Translations under genes and position numbers: made by a program
Part shown: one piece after another, positions 10,956 through 20,397 of the stretch
How the letters are laid out: each line of letters begins with the position of its first letter
Position numbering within the stretch: position 1 is the stretch's first letter
Source of the DNA: an uncultured bacterium
GTDB lineage: Bacteria; Armatimonadota; Abditibacteriia; Abditibacteriales; Abditibacteriaceae
Length of the DNA stretch: 64,000 nt
NCBI GenBank assembly: GCA_963843795.1
Contig: CAWJLW010000006.1
Coordinates: 2,232,001 to 2,296,000, forward strand
Direction of reading: 5' to 3'
The notes under the pieces: generated by a model
Databases searched by the model: none
Told to the model about the DNA's origin: nothing
What the model saw: only the letters and a program-made list of their open reading frames with translations

Positions 10956-10999
10956 CTTTCTTTGCAAGTACTTACAGCACATATTTTCATCACAAAATT

Positions 11000-11716
11000 A
11001 TGGACAACACCAATTCAGAAAATTCGGACACCCGCGCCTCGACGCAAGACATCATTGCCGAACTGGTTAAACGCGGCGCTTCTATGGAGCAGATTGCGCT
11101 CCTCAAAGACCCGCGCGCCAACACGCCCGATGAAGCTTTGCTGGCCCTAAAAACCGGCAATGCGCGTTTTTATGCGGGCAGTGATGCGCGCCAGAAGATT
11201 TCGATTAACGAGCGGCGCGCGCAAATTATTGCGCAAACGCCGTTTGCCGTCGTGTTTGGTTGCGCCGATTCGCGCGTGCCGGTTGAGATTGTTTTCGATC
11301 AGGGGCCAGGCGATTTGTTCTCAATTCGCGTGGCTGGTCACGTCGTCGAACCGGCAACGCTGGGGTCGATTGAATACGCGATTCGTTATCTCAAAATTCA
11401 TCTCATCGTGGTGCTGGGACACGAAGGTTGTGGCGCGGTCGCGGCGGCGATGCAGCAGCCCGCGCAGCGCGACGAAGCGCCAGAATATGTGCGCTTTTTA
11501 CTGGATAAAATCGCACCCGCCGTGTGCGATTTGCCACATATCAACGACCACAAAGCGCGTATGCGCGAAGCTGTGGTTGCTAATATCGTACATCAAAAAG
11601 CCGTTCTGGAAACTAATCCGGTGGTGAGCAAAGCCATCGAAGATGGGCAAATCAAAGTCGTGGGCGCATTCTATGAAATCGGCTCTGGCGCTGTTGATTT
11701 TCTTGATCTGGACTGA
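11000..11716 (+). CDS. Beta-class carbonic anhydrase
   Basis: GCADSRVP and GHEGCGAV zinc-ligand motifs. Confidence 0.93.
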   Translation: MDNTNSENSDTRASTQDIIAELVKRGASMEQIALLKDPRANTPDEALLALKTGNARFYAGSDARQKISINERRAQIIAQTPFAVVFGCADSRVPVEIVFDQGPGDLFSIRVAGHVVEPATLGSIEYAIRYLKIHLIVVLGHEGCGAVAAAMQQPAQRDEAPEYVRFLLDKIAPAVCDLPHINDHKARMREAVVANIVHQKAVLETNPVVSKAIEDGQIKVVGAFYEIGSGAVDFLDLD

Positions 11717-11734
11717 ACTCTAACGTCCCATAAA

Positions 11735-11768
11735 GCAAACGCCCTGCAAGTACTTGCAAGGCGTTTGC
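11735..11768. terminator. Hairpin built around a GCAAGTACTTGC core
   Basis: gcaaacgccctGCAAGTACTTGCaaggcgtttgc just after the carbonic anhydrase stop. Confidence 0.55.
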
Positions 11769-11802
11769 GCACGCAATTAACGGCAAGCCACCGTAAAACT
11801 TT

Positions 11803-12396
11803 ATGTTTGAATGGGTCAGAGGAATTTTAGATTCGATGGGCTACGCGGGGGTAGCGTTTTTGATGTTTTTGGAAAACGTTTTTCCGCCGATTCCCTCCGA
11901 ATTGGTGATGCCCGCCGCCGGTTTCGCAGCAACCAAAGGCGAATTGAGTTTGGTCGGCGTAATTATCGCGGGCACTCTGGGTTCGGTTCTAGGCGCGCTG
12001 CCTTTGTATTATCTCGGCGCTGTCATTGGTGAAGCTCGCTTGAAAAAATGGGCTGGAAATTATGGCCGTTGGCTCACAGTTTCTCCGGACGAAATCGACG
12101 GCGCCAAAGGTTGGTTTGAAAAACATGGGAACATCACGGTTTTGTTTTGCCGCCTGATTCCCGGTGTGCGCTCGCTCATTTCGCTTCCCGCTGGCATTAG
12201 CAAAATGAACCTGGTGAAATTTCTGCTTTACAGCAGCGTCGGTGCCGGTTTATGGACAGCGCTTCTGGCTTTTGGCGGGCAAATGTTGGGTAACAACTAC
12301 GAAAAAATTCAGGGCTGGCTTAATCCGCTCTCGTGGGTTATTCTGGCCGCCTTCATCGGCATTTGGATTTATCGCGTGGTCAATTTCAAAAAGTGA
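11803..12396 (+). CDS. DedA family membrane protein
   Basis: LENVFPPIPSE.VMP.AGF and RLIPGVRSLISLPAG. Confidence 0.93.
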   Translation: MFEWVRGILDSMGYAGVAFLMFLENVFPPIPSELVMPAAGFAATKGELSLVGVIIAGTLGSVLGALPLYYLGAVIGEARLKKWAGNYGRWLTVSPDEIDGAKGWFEKHGNITVLFCRLIPGVRSLISLPAGISKMNLVKFLLYSSVGAGLWTALLAFGGQMLGNNYEKIQGWLNPLSWVILAAFIGIWIYRVVNFKK

Positions 12397-12398
12397 CG

Positions 12399-12923
12399 TC
12401 ACAGCTCGCACTTTTTCACAACTTGAAGTTCCAAGGTTTCATTTTCGCTAACTGCATCGGCTACGCGCCCCAAAACGCGACCCAGAACTGCGGCTTCTTC
12501 TGGAGTTACGCGCGCCACAAACAATTCGGCTATCGCTTGCGCTTGAATCGGCCACGCCGCGCGCCGCGCTTCCAAGCCTTGTTGGGTAATCGTCGCGAAA
12601 CAGCCGCGCTTATCGCGCGGACAATTTTCGCGCTTGAGCAAGCCTTCGCGTTCCAAGCGATCCACCAAACGCGTCAGCCCACTCCGACTCAGCACCACGC
12701 TTTCGGCCAACTCGCTCATGCGCAATCGCTCGTGCGGCGCTTTTTCAAGCGTCACCAGCACGTCATACCAGCTCAGCGGAATCTGAGCCCCAACCTCCAA
12801 TCGTTGCTCGACCTGTCGTAAAAGACGGGCGTGCGCGCGCAACAATTGAAACCATGCCTGATGATGCGTATGCGGCACATAAGCCGCTTCATTCACTTTT
12901 GTTTCCTTCGCTGTCGAAACCAT
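12399..12923 (-). CDS. MarR family transcriptional regulator
   Basis: YDVL..L, MSELA...LSRSGLTRLVDRLE.EGL, DKRG....IT..G. Confidence 0.92.
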   Translation of the reverse strand: MVSTAKETKVNEAAYVPHTHHQAWFQLLRAHARLLRQVEQRLEVGAQIPLSWYDVLVTLEKAPHERLRMSELAESVVLSRSGLTRLVDRLEREGLLKRENCPRDKRGCFATITQQGLEARRAAWPIQAQAIAELFVARVTPEEAAVLGRVLGRVADAVSENETLELQVVKKCEL

Positions 12924-12944
12924 AAACAAAATTTTATAGTAAAG

Positions 12945-13005
12945 TAGTTGCAAGTGCAACTAATTTGGGCTTATAATGTGACGAGTAGTTGCAACCGCAA
13001 CGACT
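12945..13005. promoter_or_regulatory. Two putative MarR operators flanking a sigma70 promoter for azoR
   Basis: TAGTTGCA-AG-TGCAACTA (12945-12962) and AGTAGTTGCAACCGCAACGACT (12984-13005); TTGCAA (12948)-18 bp-TATAAT (12972). Confidence 0.7.
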
Positions 13006-13065
13006 TCGCGCTGCAGGAATTTAGAGATTTGCATCGCGCCACCAGAGAAATATAAGGGAGACAAG

Positions 13066-13668
13066 ATGACACAGATTTTACGTATTGATTCAAGTCCGCG
13101 CGGAGAGCGCAGCCATTCGCGCGCGTTGACCGCAGCGTTTGTCGAAGAACTGAAAAAGCAGCATCCTGATGCCGAAGTGGTGTACCGCGATTTGGGACAC
13201 AATCCGGTTCCTCATGTCAATGAGAACTGGGTTATCGGCGCGTATTCCGATCCGGCAACGCACACGCCCGAAGTGGCGGCAGCGCTGTTGATTTCCAACG
13301 AGCTGGTCGATGAGCTGTTCGCTGCGGATATTATTGTCATTGGCGCACCGATGCACAATTTTTCGATTCCCTCGACGCTCAAGGCTTATATCGACCAGGT
13401 CGTGCGCGTCGGGCGCACTTTTACCCAATCTTATGAAGGCCTAGTGCAGGGCAAAAAGTTGTTTATTTTGTGTGCGCGCGGTGCCAGCGGTTACGGGCCA
13501 GGCGAAGCGATGGAAGCGATGAACTTCCAAAGCACTTATCTCAAAACGATTTTCGGTTTTATCGGCATTACCGATGTCGAGTTCATTTACGATGAAAAAA
13601 CCTTGAGCAATGAAAGCAATTTGGACGCTTCCCTCGCACAAGCTCAGCAGCTCGCTCAAACCGTTTGA
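13066..13668 (+). CDS. azoR: FMN-dependent NADH-azoreductase
   Basis: ILRIDSSPRG..SHSR.L, APMHNFSIPSTLKAYID, YLKTIFGFIGITD. Confidence 0.92.
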   Translation: MTQILRIDSSPRGERSHSRALTAAFVEELKKQHPDAEVVYRDLGHNPVPHVNENWVIGAYSDPATHTPEVAAALLISNELVDELFAADIIVIGAPMHNFSIPSTLKAYIDQVVRVGRTFTQSYEGLVQGKKLFILCARGASGYGPGEAMEAMNFQSTYLKTIFGFIGITDVEFIYDEKTLSNESNLDASLAQAQQLAQTV

Positions 13669-13691
13669 AATTCGACAATTTACAAGAAAAT

Positions 13692-13725
13692 AATGCGCGA
13701 CAGTTGAATTTAACTGTCGCGCATT
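13692..13725. terminator. Terminator hairpin between convergent azoR and rimI
   Basis: aatgcgcgacagtt-gaattt-aactgtcgcgcatt. Confidence 0.7.
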
Positions 13726-13730
13726 TCGCT

Positions 13731-14189
13731 TTAACTTTCGATTGTCCAGATTCGCTTCATTACCAGTGCGGCACTGCCATCGGGATAATAATCGGGTCGT
13801 GCGCCGACAATTTCAAAGCCACAACCAAGATATAATTGTTGCGCTGCAATATTATCTTCGCGCACTTCTAAAAATAATTGTCTGACGCCACGACTGAGAG
13901 CGATAGAAATCAAGTCATTCAACAACCGCGCGCCCAGCCCGCGCCGCCGCCAGTTTGTTGCGATAGCCAGACGATCAATTTCGCCTTCTTCTCGCACGTT
14001 CCACGCGATGACGTGACCAATAATCTGGTTTTCGGCGGTGGCAACCAGCGCAAAGTACTTGTCATCGTTCAGCACGTTTTGAATAGTTGCGCGCGTCCAA
14101 GGCGGCGTTAAACATTCGCGCTCCAAATTGCTGATGGCTTCGCTGTCGGCGGGCGTCGCAGCCCGTGCAAGTACTTGCACGGCATTCAT
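13731..14189 (-). CDS. rimI: Ribosomal protein S18 alanine N-acetyltransferase
   Basis: GNAT RRRGLG, LFLEVREDN..A..LY...GF...R..YY; overlaps the tsaB stop. Confidence 0.88.
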   Translation of the reverse strand: MNAVQVLARAATPADSEAISNLERECLTPPWTRATIQNVLNDDKYFALVATAENQIIGHVIAWNVREEGEIDRLAIATNWRRRGLGARLLNDLISIALSRGVRQLFLEVREDNIAAQQLYLGCGFEIVGARPDYYPDGSAALVMKRIWTIES

Positions 14190-14983
14190 AGGGGTTTCAA
14201 CGGCAAATCGCGATTGCGTTCGGCAGCCGAAGGCGCGAGATACAAAGGCTGCAAGCTCAAAGCGTCGTCGGCTTCTCCATTTTGCAAACGCGACCATGCG
14301 GCCAGAGCGATTTCTATTGTCGCGCTTTGAATATCAATCAAAGCAATCGCAGCGTCTTGACGACTGTCTTGCAAGGCCGATTGAACGCTTTGCCAATGCG
14401 CGCCAGCCATCGTTTTTTCGCCGGTTTCATCATCGGCATCGAGCGCACCGACGAGCAGCGGCGGAGCTTCAATTCCGCGCGCCAGAGCTTGTGTCAGCAA
14501 AGCGTCGATCAAAGTTGTGGGCGTGTCGATCCATTCTTCTTGCGCGGTAATGAGATAATCGGGATGCATTTCGTAGATTTTTCCGTAGGCCACGCCGGGA
14601 CGACAGGGCGCGATGGCTAAGTAAAGCGCATTTTCTTCGTCTTGGTCGTTGCGCCATGCGGCGTAAGCGAGCGCATCGAACGACGGCACGCCCACGAGCG
14701 GAATATCGCGCGTTTGCGACAGGGTTTTCCAGGTCGAAAGTGCAATGCGCAAACCCGTCCATGAACCCGGCCCGATGCCAATCGCCAAAGCATCCACATC
14801 TTGTAATTGCCAACCGACGCGCGATAAAAGTTCATCGGTTAAAGCGATGAGTTCTTCGGCCAACGCGCGACCATCGGGCAGAATGGCGACTTGGAGGCTT
14901 TCGATATCATTCGTGGTGGTGTCGATTTCTACGGCGGCCAGTGCACACGGCGTGCGGCTGGCCTCAAGTGCCAAAATTTTCAT
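14186..14983 (-). CDS. tsaB: tRNA t6A37 biosynthesis protein TsaB
   Basis: MKILALEAS, AIGIGPGSWTGLRI, LQPLYL. Confidence 0.92.
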   Translation of the reverse strand: MKILALEASRTPCALAAVEIDTTTNDIESLQVAILPDGRALAEELIALTDELLSRVGWQLQDVDALAIGIGPGSWTGLRIALSTWKTLSQTRDIPLVGVPSFDALAYAAWRNDQDEENALYLAIAPCRPGVAYGKIYEMHPDYLITAQEEWIDTPTTLIDALLTQALARGIEAPPLLVGALDADDETGEKTMAGAHWQSVQSALQDSRQDAAIALIDIQSATIEIALAAWSRLQNGEADDALSLQPLYLAPSAAERNRDLPLKPL

Positions 14984-15447
14984 AATGAATTTAAGGTGAG
15001 GTGGCGTAAATCGGGATTTTCATCATCGTGCGCGATGTCGATTTGCCAGCGCGGGCGCGGCCAGCCCTGCAAGTACTTGCCGATACACTGCGGCCATTCG
15101 ATCACGCGAATCGCGTCGTCGCGGCTAAGAAAATCTTCGATTCCCGCATCGCGCAGCGCGTCGTTATCGCCATCTAAATCTTCCAGTCGATAAGCGTCCA
15201 GATGCAATAGCGGCAGCCGTCCACCGAGATGTTCGACGATTAAAACAAAAGTCGGCGAATTGATAACTGCATCGATTTTCAAGCCTTGCGCCAAACCTTG
15301 CGCGAAAGTCGTTTTGCCCGCGCCGAGTTCGCCACGCAGCCACAAAACATCGCCTTTTTGCAGGTGGGCAGCAAACTGCTGGGCGTAGTGGCGCATCGCG
15401 TTGGCGTCGGGAATGGAAATAATTTGTTCGGATGGAGAATTTGGCAT
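14980..15447 (-). CDS. tsaE: tRNA t6A37 biosynthesis ATPase TsaE
   Basis: GELGAGKTTF, SPTF, HLDAYRL, IEWP. Confidence 0.95.
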   Translation of the reverse strand: MPNSPSEQIISIPDANAMRHYAQQFAAHLQKGDVLWLRGELGAGKTTFAQGLAQGLKIDAVINSPTFVLIVEHLGGRLPLLHLDAYRLEDLDGDNDALRDAGIEDFLSRDDAIRVIEWPQCIGKYLQGWPRPRWQIDIAHDDENPDLRHLTLNSL

Positions 15448-15667
15448 CGCGTATAGTATGGAAAAATCGGCACGCTTCATGGTAGAACTTCGGCAGCGCA
15501 AAACTTCTGGTGCAAGTACTTGCCGGGCCTCTGCAAGAGATCGAATTCATTTTGCGTTGACTTGCAACGAAACACCTTTTATAATGAGGGCAAGTTTGCC
15601 GCATTCCGCCGCTTCCATTGAAACTCGATTTAGCTTTTCAACCGTCACTATTACAGGAGCCGCTTTT

Positions 15668-16771
15668 ATGATTCCGAACCGTTCTCGCGCCCCATTTTCG
15701 CGCGCGCGTTTATTTTCCCTTGTGGGCTTGTCCGCCGCGTTGAGCTGCGGCGTTACTGCTGTTTACGCTCAAAATTTACCCGATTCAGCATCCATTAACG
15801 AAAGCAGCGCCACCGCGACCAGCAAGGGCGGCGCTGTTACGGTGCGTCCCGGTAAAAGTTTATACGTCACGCCCGATTTGCGCACAGCGGTCGTCGGTGC
15901 AACCGAACTGAGCGGCAATGTGGATTTGGCCAAACGTGGCATGGCCGCAGCAATGGCGGCGATTTCCGTGTTGCCCGGTTACACCGATATCGCACCGCGC
16001 GAACTGGCTACTGCGATGCAAGGTTTCAAAAAAGACGCCCTGCGCGCCCCTGAATATCAGGCGCTGAAAAAATCAGTCAGGGCCGACCGCGTGCTTTCGA
16101 TTACGCTGGAAGCGGGCGAAAATAACGACAATCTCAGCACCTACAGCGCGGTCGCCGAACTGTTCGATACCACGACCGGCGGTTTGGCTGGACGCGGCGA
16201 AGGAAGTTACACCGCCACACCCAACAACGCCAATCCGGCGCGCGTTCCCGAATCGACTTTGCCAGCATCCAACGTCGCGCGCGGTAATACCGTGGACGCA
16301 CCAACCGGAACGTTGCAAGAGCGTGCTGTGGATGGCGCCATTGCACGCGCGGTTTTCGCGCTCAATGATCCGCTGATCACGCGCGGAGTTGTGCTGCACA
16401 CGATTGTTCCTGAACAGATCAAGTCCAAAAAAAGCACCGTAGCGGCGCCTTACTATGCGCGTATTTCGCTGGGCGAAATGGCCGGCGCGCGCAATGGCGC
16501 TTCGGTCGAATATTATTCGCCGCAGGGACAGCGTTTGGCGTTTGGCACTATCGTCGATATCGGGCCGGGCGAAGCATTGGCAACGATTGCACCCGAAAAC
16601 GCTTTTCCGAATATTCACACCAATTATGAAGTGCGCATGACTGATAATCCGCCACTGGGCCGCGCCGGTCGCACTTCGGCCCAAAGCTACGAAAGCGATT
16701 GGCGATCTTTCGAAACCCAGTTCGGCATCTCACTTGGCGTCGCTCTGGCTACTTCGCTGATCTTTTTCTAA
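15668..16771 (+). CDS. Secreted hypothetical protein (CsgG/FlgT-like architecture possible)
   Basis: Signal peptide ending AVYAQ, RBS ACAGGAG, hydrophobic C-terminal tail; family assignment is weak. Confidence 0.6.
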   Translation: MIPNRSRAPFSRARLFSLVGLSAALSCGVTAVYAQNLPDSASINESSATATSKGGAVTVRPGKSLYVTPDLRTAVVGATELSGNVDLAKRGMAAAMAAISVLPGYTDIAPRELATAMQGFKKDALRAPEYQALKKSVRADRVLSITLEAGENNDNLSTYSAVAELFDTTTGGLAGRGEGSYTATPNNANPARVPESTLPASNVARGNTVDAPTGTLQERAVDGAIARAVFALNDPLITRGVVLHTIVPEQIKSKKSTVAAPYYARISLGEMAGARNGASVEYYSPQGQRLAFGTIVDIGPGEALATIAPENAFPNIHTNYEVRMTDNPPLGRAGRTSAQSYESDWRSFETQFGISLGVALATSLIFF

Positions 16772-16793
16772 TTTTCCGACGGTTTTTCATCAG

Positions 16794-16825
16794 AAAGCGC
16801 CCTGCAAGTACTTGCAGGGCGCTTT
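16794..16825. terminator. 32-bp perfect palindrome centred on GCAAGTACTTGC between convergent genes
   Basis: aaagcgccctGCAAGTACTTGCagggcgcttt. Confidence 0.7.
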
Positions 16826-16841
16826 TCCCGTTTTATGTATC

Positions 16842-17882
16842 TCAAAAATGCGTCCACGATGGCGGTAAAGTGCGCCTTTGATCGTTGCCATCAACCACAA
16901 GGACCAACGCTTCCTCGCGTTCAACGACGCGACCGATAATCGTGCCGTGTGTGCCACACGCGCGCAAAATTTCGCACGCCGTTTCCGCGTGCTCGGGCGC
17001 GATGCTCCACAAAAGTTCGTAATCTTCGCCGCCTCCCAAAGCCCAATCCAACGCGTCGACTTGGGCGATTTCAGCAGCGCGTTGCAAAGCGGGCGTTAAT
17101 GGAAGCAGAACGCTATCAATTTCTAAAGTGACTCCTGAGGCGCGTGCGATATGGCGCGCATCTCCAGCCAGCCCATCTGAAATGTCTAAGCACGCGTGCA
17201 GCGCGCCATGCGGCAATGTTTCGTTCAAAGCATGAGCTTCACGCAAGCGTGGCGTAGGGCAAAAATGACGGGCCAATAGTTCGGTCGCGACTTCGGGCGG
17301 CAGCGCACATTCGGGATGCAGCAATGACCATAAGCCCGCTGCCGATTCGCCGGTCGCGCCGCTAAGAACCAGCACATCGCCAATCTGTGCGCCATCGCGA
17401 CGCAGAGGCGCACATTTTTCTGACATATCGCCGATGGCAGTGATGGCGATGCTGAAATCGTGCGGCGCACGCGTGGTATCGCCGCCAATAATCGGACAAC
17501 CAAAGCTGGTAGCCGCTAGATTCAAGCCTTCGTAAAACTCATCGAGCCATTGCAAGGTGATAGTGGGCGAAAGCGCAAGAGCGATAACTGCTGCGACGGG
17601 GCGCGCGGCCATTGCGGCCAGATCGGACAAATTCACGCACAAACTTTTCCAGCCCAAATCGCGCGCACTTGTCCAATCACGGCGAAAATGCACGCCTTCG
17701 ATTAAAGCGTCGCAAGTGACAATTGGCACGCGCAGCGGCTGCAAAATCGCCGCGTCATCGCCAACCGACAAAACAATATCAGTGCTGGACGACAATTTCG
17801 ATTGCAAGCGTTCAATGAAACCGAATTCACCAAGTTGGCTCAACTTTGTTTTTGATTGAACATCAAGTTCTTGCGGGTTCAT
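16842..17882 (-). CDS. thiL: Thiamine-monophosphate kinase
   Basis: GEFGFI, GDDAA, VNLSDLAAM, GGDT, DISDGL, GGEDYEL. Confidence 0.95.
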   Translation of the reverse strand: MNPQELDVQSKTKLSQLGEFGFIERLQSKLSSSTDIVLSVGDDAAILQPLRVPIVTCDALIEGVHFRRDWTSARDLGWKSLCVNLSDLAAMAARPVAAVIALALSPTITLQWLDEFYEGLNLAATSFGCPIIGGDTTRAPHDFSIAITAIGDMSEKCAPLRRDGAQIGDVLVLSGATGESAAGLWSLLHPECALPPEVATELLARHFCPTPRLREAHALNETLPHGALHACLDISDGLAGDARHIARASGVTLEIDSVLLPLTPALQRAAEIAQVDALDWALGGGEDYELLWSIAPEHAETACEILRACGTHGTIIGRVVEREEALVLVVDGNDQRRTLPPSWTHF

Positions 17883-18580
17883 GAGTCGAGATTGGGCACG
17901 AGAGCGCCGTCAAACAGCGCCCGGAGTTCGCGCACGGCGCGCGTCATTTCATCGGGATCGGACTTAGAATCGAGCGGGCCAGTAACAGCAGAAATCACAC
18001 ACGCCATGCGCGCGCCAGTCGGTGCCAATGTGTGGATATTACCAGCGCCGACACCGCCGATAGCGGCGACGGGCAGCGCTGTAGCACGACAAATTTCGGC
18101 AAGTTTTTCCAATCCGATAGGAGCACCCGCATCGCTTTTGGTGAGCGTGCCGAAGATGGCACCAGCTCCGATGTAATCGGCTCCTTCGTGCGCGGCCAAT
18201 TCCGCTTCGCGCGGCGAGTGACACGACACACCGATGAGTGCGCTTTCGCCCAATAATTGGCGCGCTGCTGCGGGCGGAAAATCGTCCGGCCCCAGATGCA
18301 CGCCATCGGCCTCGCTCCACAACGCGAGATCAACACGGTCGTTGACGATGAATAACGCACCGGCATCGCGCGTCAGACGGCGCAATTGATGAGCGATGGG
18401 CAAAACCTGAGGCAGCGGAGAAACTTTGTCGCGCAGTTGTAAAATCTGCGCGCCGCCCGCGAGCGCCGCCCGCGCGATGGCCAGATGGCCGCCGCCCAAT
18501 TTGGCATCGGTAATGACATACAAACCGTGCAACGCATCGAAACGAGTGCACTTGTTGGCCTCGGCCGCATTGATTTTCAT
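17879..18580 (-). CDS. thiE: Thiamine-phosphate synthase
   Basis: LYVITD, QLRDK, IVNDRVD, GVHLG.DD, GADYI, TLTK, AIGG. Confidence 0.95.
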   Translation of the reverse strand: MKINAAEANKCTRFDALHGLYVITDAKLGGGHLAIARAALAGGAQILQLRDKVSPLPQVLPIAHQLRRLTRDAGALFIVNDRVDLALWSEADGVHLGPDDFPPAAARQLLGESALIGVSCHSPREAELAAHEGADYIGAGAIFGTLTKSDAGAPIGLEKLAEICRATALPVAAIGGVGAGNIHTLAPTGARMACVISAVTGPLDSKSDPDEMTRAVRELRALFDGALVPNLDS

Positions 18581-18797
18581 GAGGAATTTTCGGGTCAGGC
18601 CGTGCCAGTTGTGCCGATAAAGTGCACTGTGTGCGACACTGATTTTTCTGGTGGCAATTTTTCTCTACGCAGGCAGTGTGACACGAAACCTTGTGCCGGT
18701 AAACTTCGTTTGAGACCATTCGTGTTAGAATGGCACAGTTGATATATTGCTTAGATGAAAAGTGTTTTTGGCCGCGATTTCGCAATTTTTCCTGCTT

Positions 18798-20249
18798 ATG
18801 ATTCAATCCGCTTCTTTTCGGCCTGCCGATAATCACACAGCCGAAGCGACCACGCGGCGCTGGCTGCGTTGGACTTTGGAAACTGCTGGAGATAAAAGCG
18901 ATGTCGGACACGCGGCAGCGCGTTTAGTCGCTGCGCTGTGCCATCTCGTTGAAGCTCGCGGTGCCCTACTCTTGAGCCGTCGCGCCGACAGCGAACAGTT
19001 GTGGCCGCTGGCCTGTCACTTTTCAGCGACGAAGCGTACGCTGGTTAACGGCGAATTTTTCGACGTTGATTTCGATGAAGAGCAAAGCACACAATCGCAA
19101 AACGCTCATCCACATTGCGCGCGCTTCCAGAGTTGGCCCGGTCGCCCTTTAAGCGCCGACGAAGTGGCCACCGATCTTCAACCTTTCCTGCATGCGCTGG
19201 GCGATTTTCTCACACAAAAACATGCTTCTGAAGAAGCGGCTTCCGAGAGAGCGAATGACGCATGGCAGGAAATCGAATTTGAAGGGCCCGATGGCAGCGG
19301 TCACCATGGCAGTCAGAACGCGCGGCAAGTACTTGCCGGAATGTTTTCGGGCGCTGCACAGCGCACAAATGAGCTTCTCGATAGCGATAATGTAAGTTCG
19401 GATGTGGCACGTTCGCCTTCGAGCATCACGGTCGCCATGCAAGACAAGCAAACGAAAAGCAATGGCGATTTCAGCCGGCGTAGCACGCCCAATTTGCTGC
19501 TGCCCCTGCACGATTTTCACAATGAGGGTGGCGAAACTTCGCTCTGTGGATTGGTCGCATTGTGGTTGGATGATGATGCCGCGCTTTCGGCTTCGCAGCA
19601 GCCCTTATTGCAAGCAGCTTTGGTGCAAAGCGAAGGTTGGTTGGCCAATGCACAGCGTACCGAACGTCTGGGACGTTCGTATCGTGATCTGGCGCAGGCG
19701 ATGGCACGCGCGATTGACGAGCGTGACAGCGGGCGCGAGAACCGCTCGCCCAGCGTAGCTTATCTGTGCGATCTCATCGGCCACGCGCTGCATCTGGATG
19801 ACGTTTCCATCGAGCGTTTGGAGTTCGCCGGTTTACTGCACGCTGCAGGTCGCATCACGCTGCCCGATAAGATTTTGCACAAGCAGGGCGCGCTCAAAGC
19901 CAGCGAACGCGATGCGGTAAGAAAAGCATTGTGCATGGGCGCGGTCTGGTTTGAAGAAGTCGATGGATTACGCGAAGTCGCGCTGATGATTCGGCATCAA
20001 AACGAGCGCTTCGATGGCAGCGGTTTTCCCGATGGACTTAAGGGAGAAGAAATTCCGCTGGGCTCGCGCGTTCTGGCCATCGCATTGCGATTCGCAGCCA
20101 TGACGCAGCCGCGCGCTCAACGGGCCGCGTTGCCTTTGGTGGGCGGTGCTTTTCAAAACTTGCGCTCCGAAGCCGGTAGCGCTCTCGATCCACAAATCGT
20201 GCAGGCCTTTTTCCGCGCGATGGGCGAAAAGGAAAGTGGGATTGAATAG
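18798..20249 (+). CDS. HD-GYP-like domain protein with degenerate active site
   Basis: C-terminal HD-GYP fold (ERFDGSGFPDGLKGEEIPLGSR, AGSALDPQIV) but LLHAAGR in place of LLHDIGK. Confidence 0.8.
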   Translation: MIQSASFRPADNHTAEATTRRWLRWTLETAGDKSDVGHAAARLVAALCHLVEARGALLLSRRADSEQLWPLACHFSATKRTLVNGEFFDVDFDEEQSTQSQNAHPHCARFQSWPGRPLSADEVATDLQPFLHALGDFLTQKHASEEAASERANDAWQEIEFEGPDGSGHHGSQNARQVLAGMFSGAAQRTNELLDSDNVSSDVARSPSSITVAMQDKQTKSNGDFSRRSTPNLLLPLHDFHNEGGETSLCGLVALWLDDDAALSASQQPLLQAALVQSEGWLANAQRTERLGRSYRDLAQAMARAIDERDSGRENRSPSVAYLCDLIGHALHLDDVSIERLEFAGLLHAAGRITLPDKILHKQGALKASERDAVRKALCMGAVWFEEVDGLREVALMIRHQNERFDGSGFPDGLKGEEIPLGSRVLAIALRFAAMTQPRAQRAALPLVGGAFQNLRSEAGSALDPQIVQAFFRAMGEKESGIE

Positions 20250-20397
20250 GTGAAAGGTAGAAGTTTCGAGCGCCAGGTTATTGCTTTTTGCAAGTACTTG
20301 CAGAGTAAGATTCGCGTTCTTTTTGAAACTTCCAGCTTCCAGCTTCTCCATTTCACTTTCCGATAAATTTACAGCGAACTGAAAAAGGAATTTGGGC

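Noticed and set aside
18731..18750. Sigma54 promoter (TGGCAC...TTGC)
   Set aside because: Spacing between TGGCAC and TTGC is longer than the required 5 bp.
18581..18760. TPP riboswitch upstream of thiE
   Set aside because: The minus strand has TGCCTGCGTAGAGAA, like the TPP 3' end, but I could not find the CTGAGA and ACCTGAT core elements. An Rfam scan would settle it.
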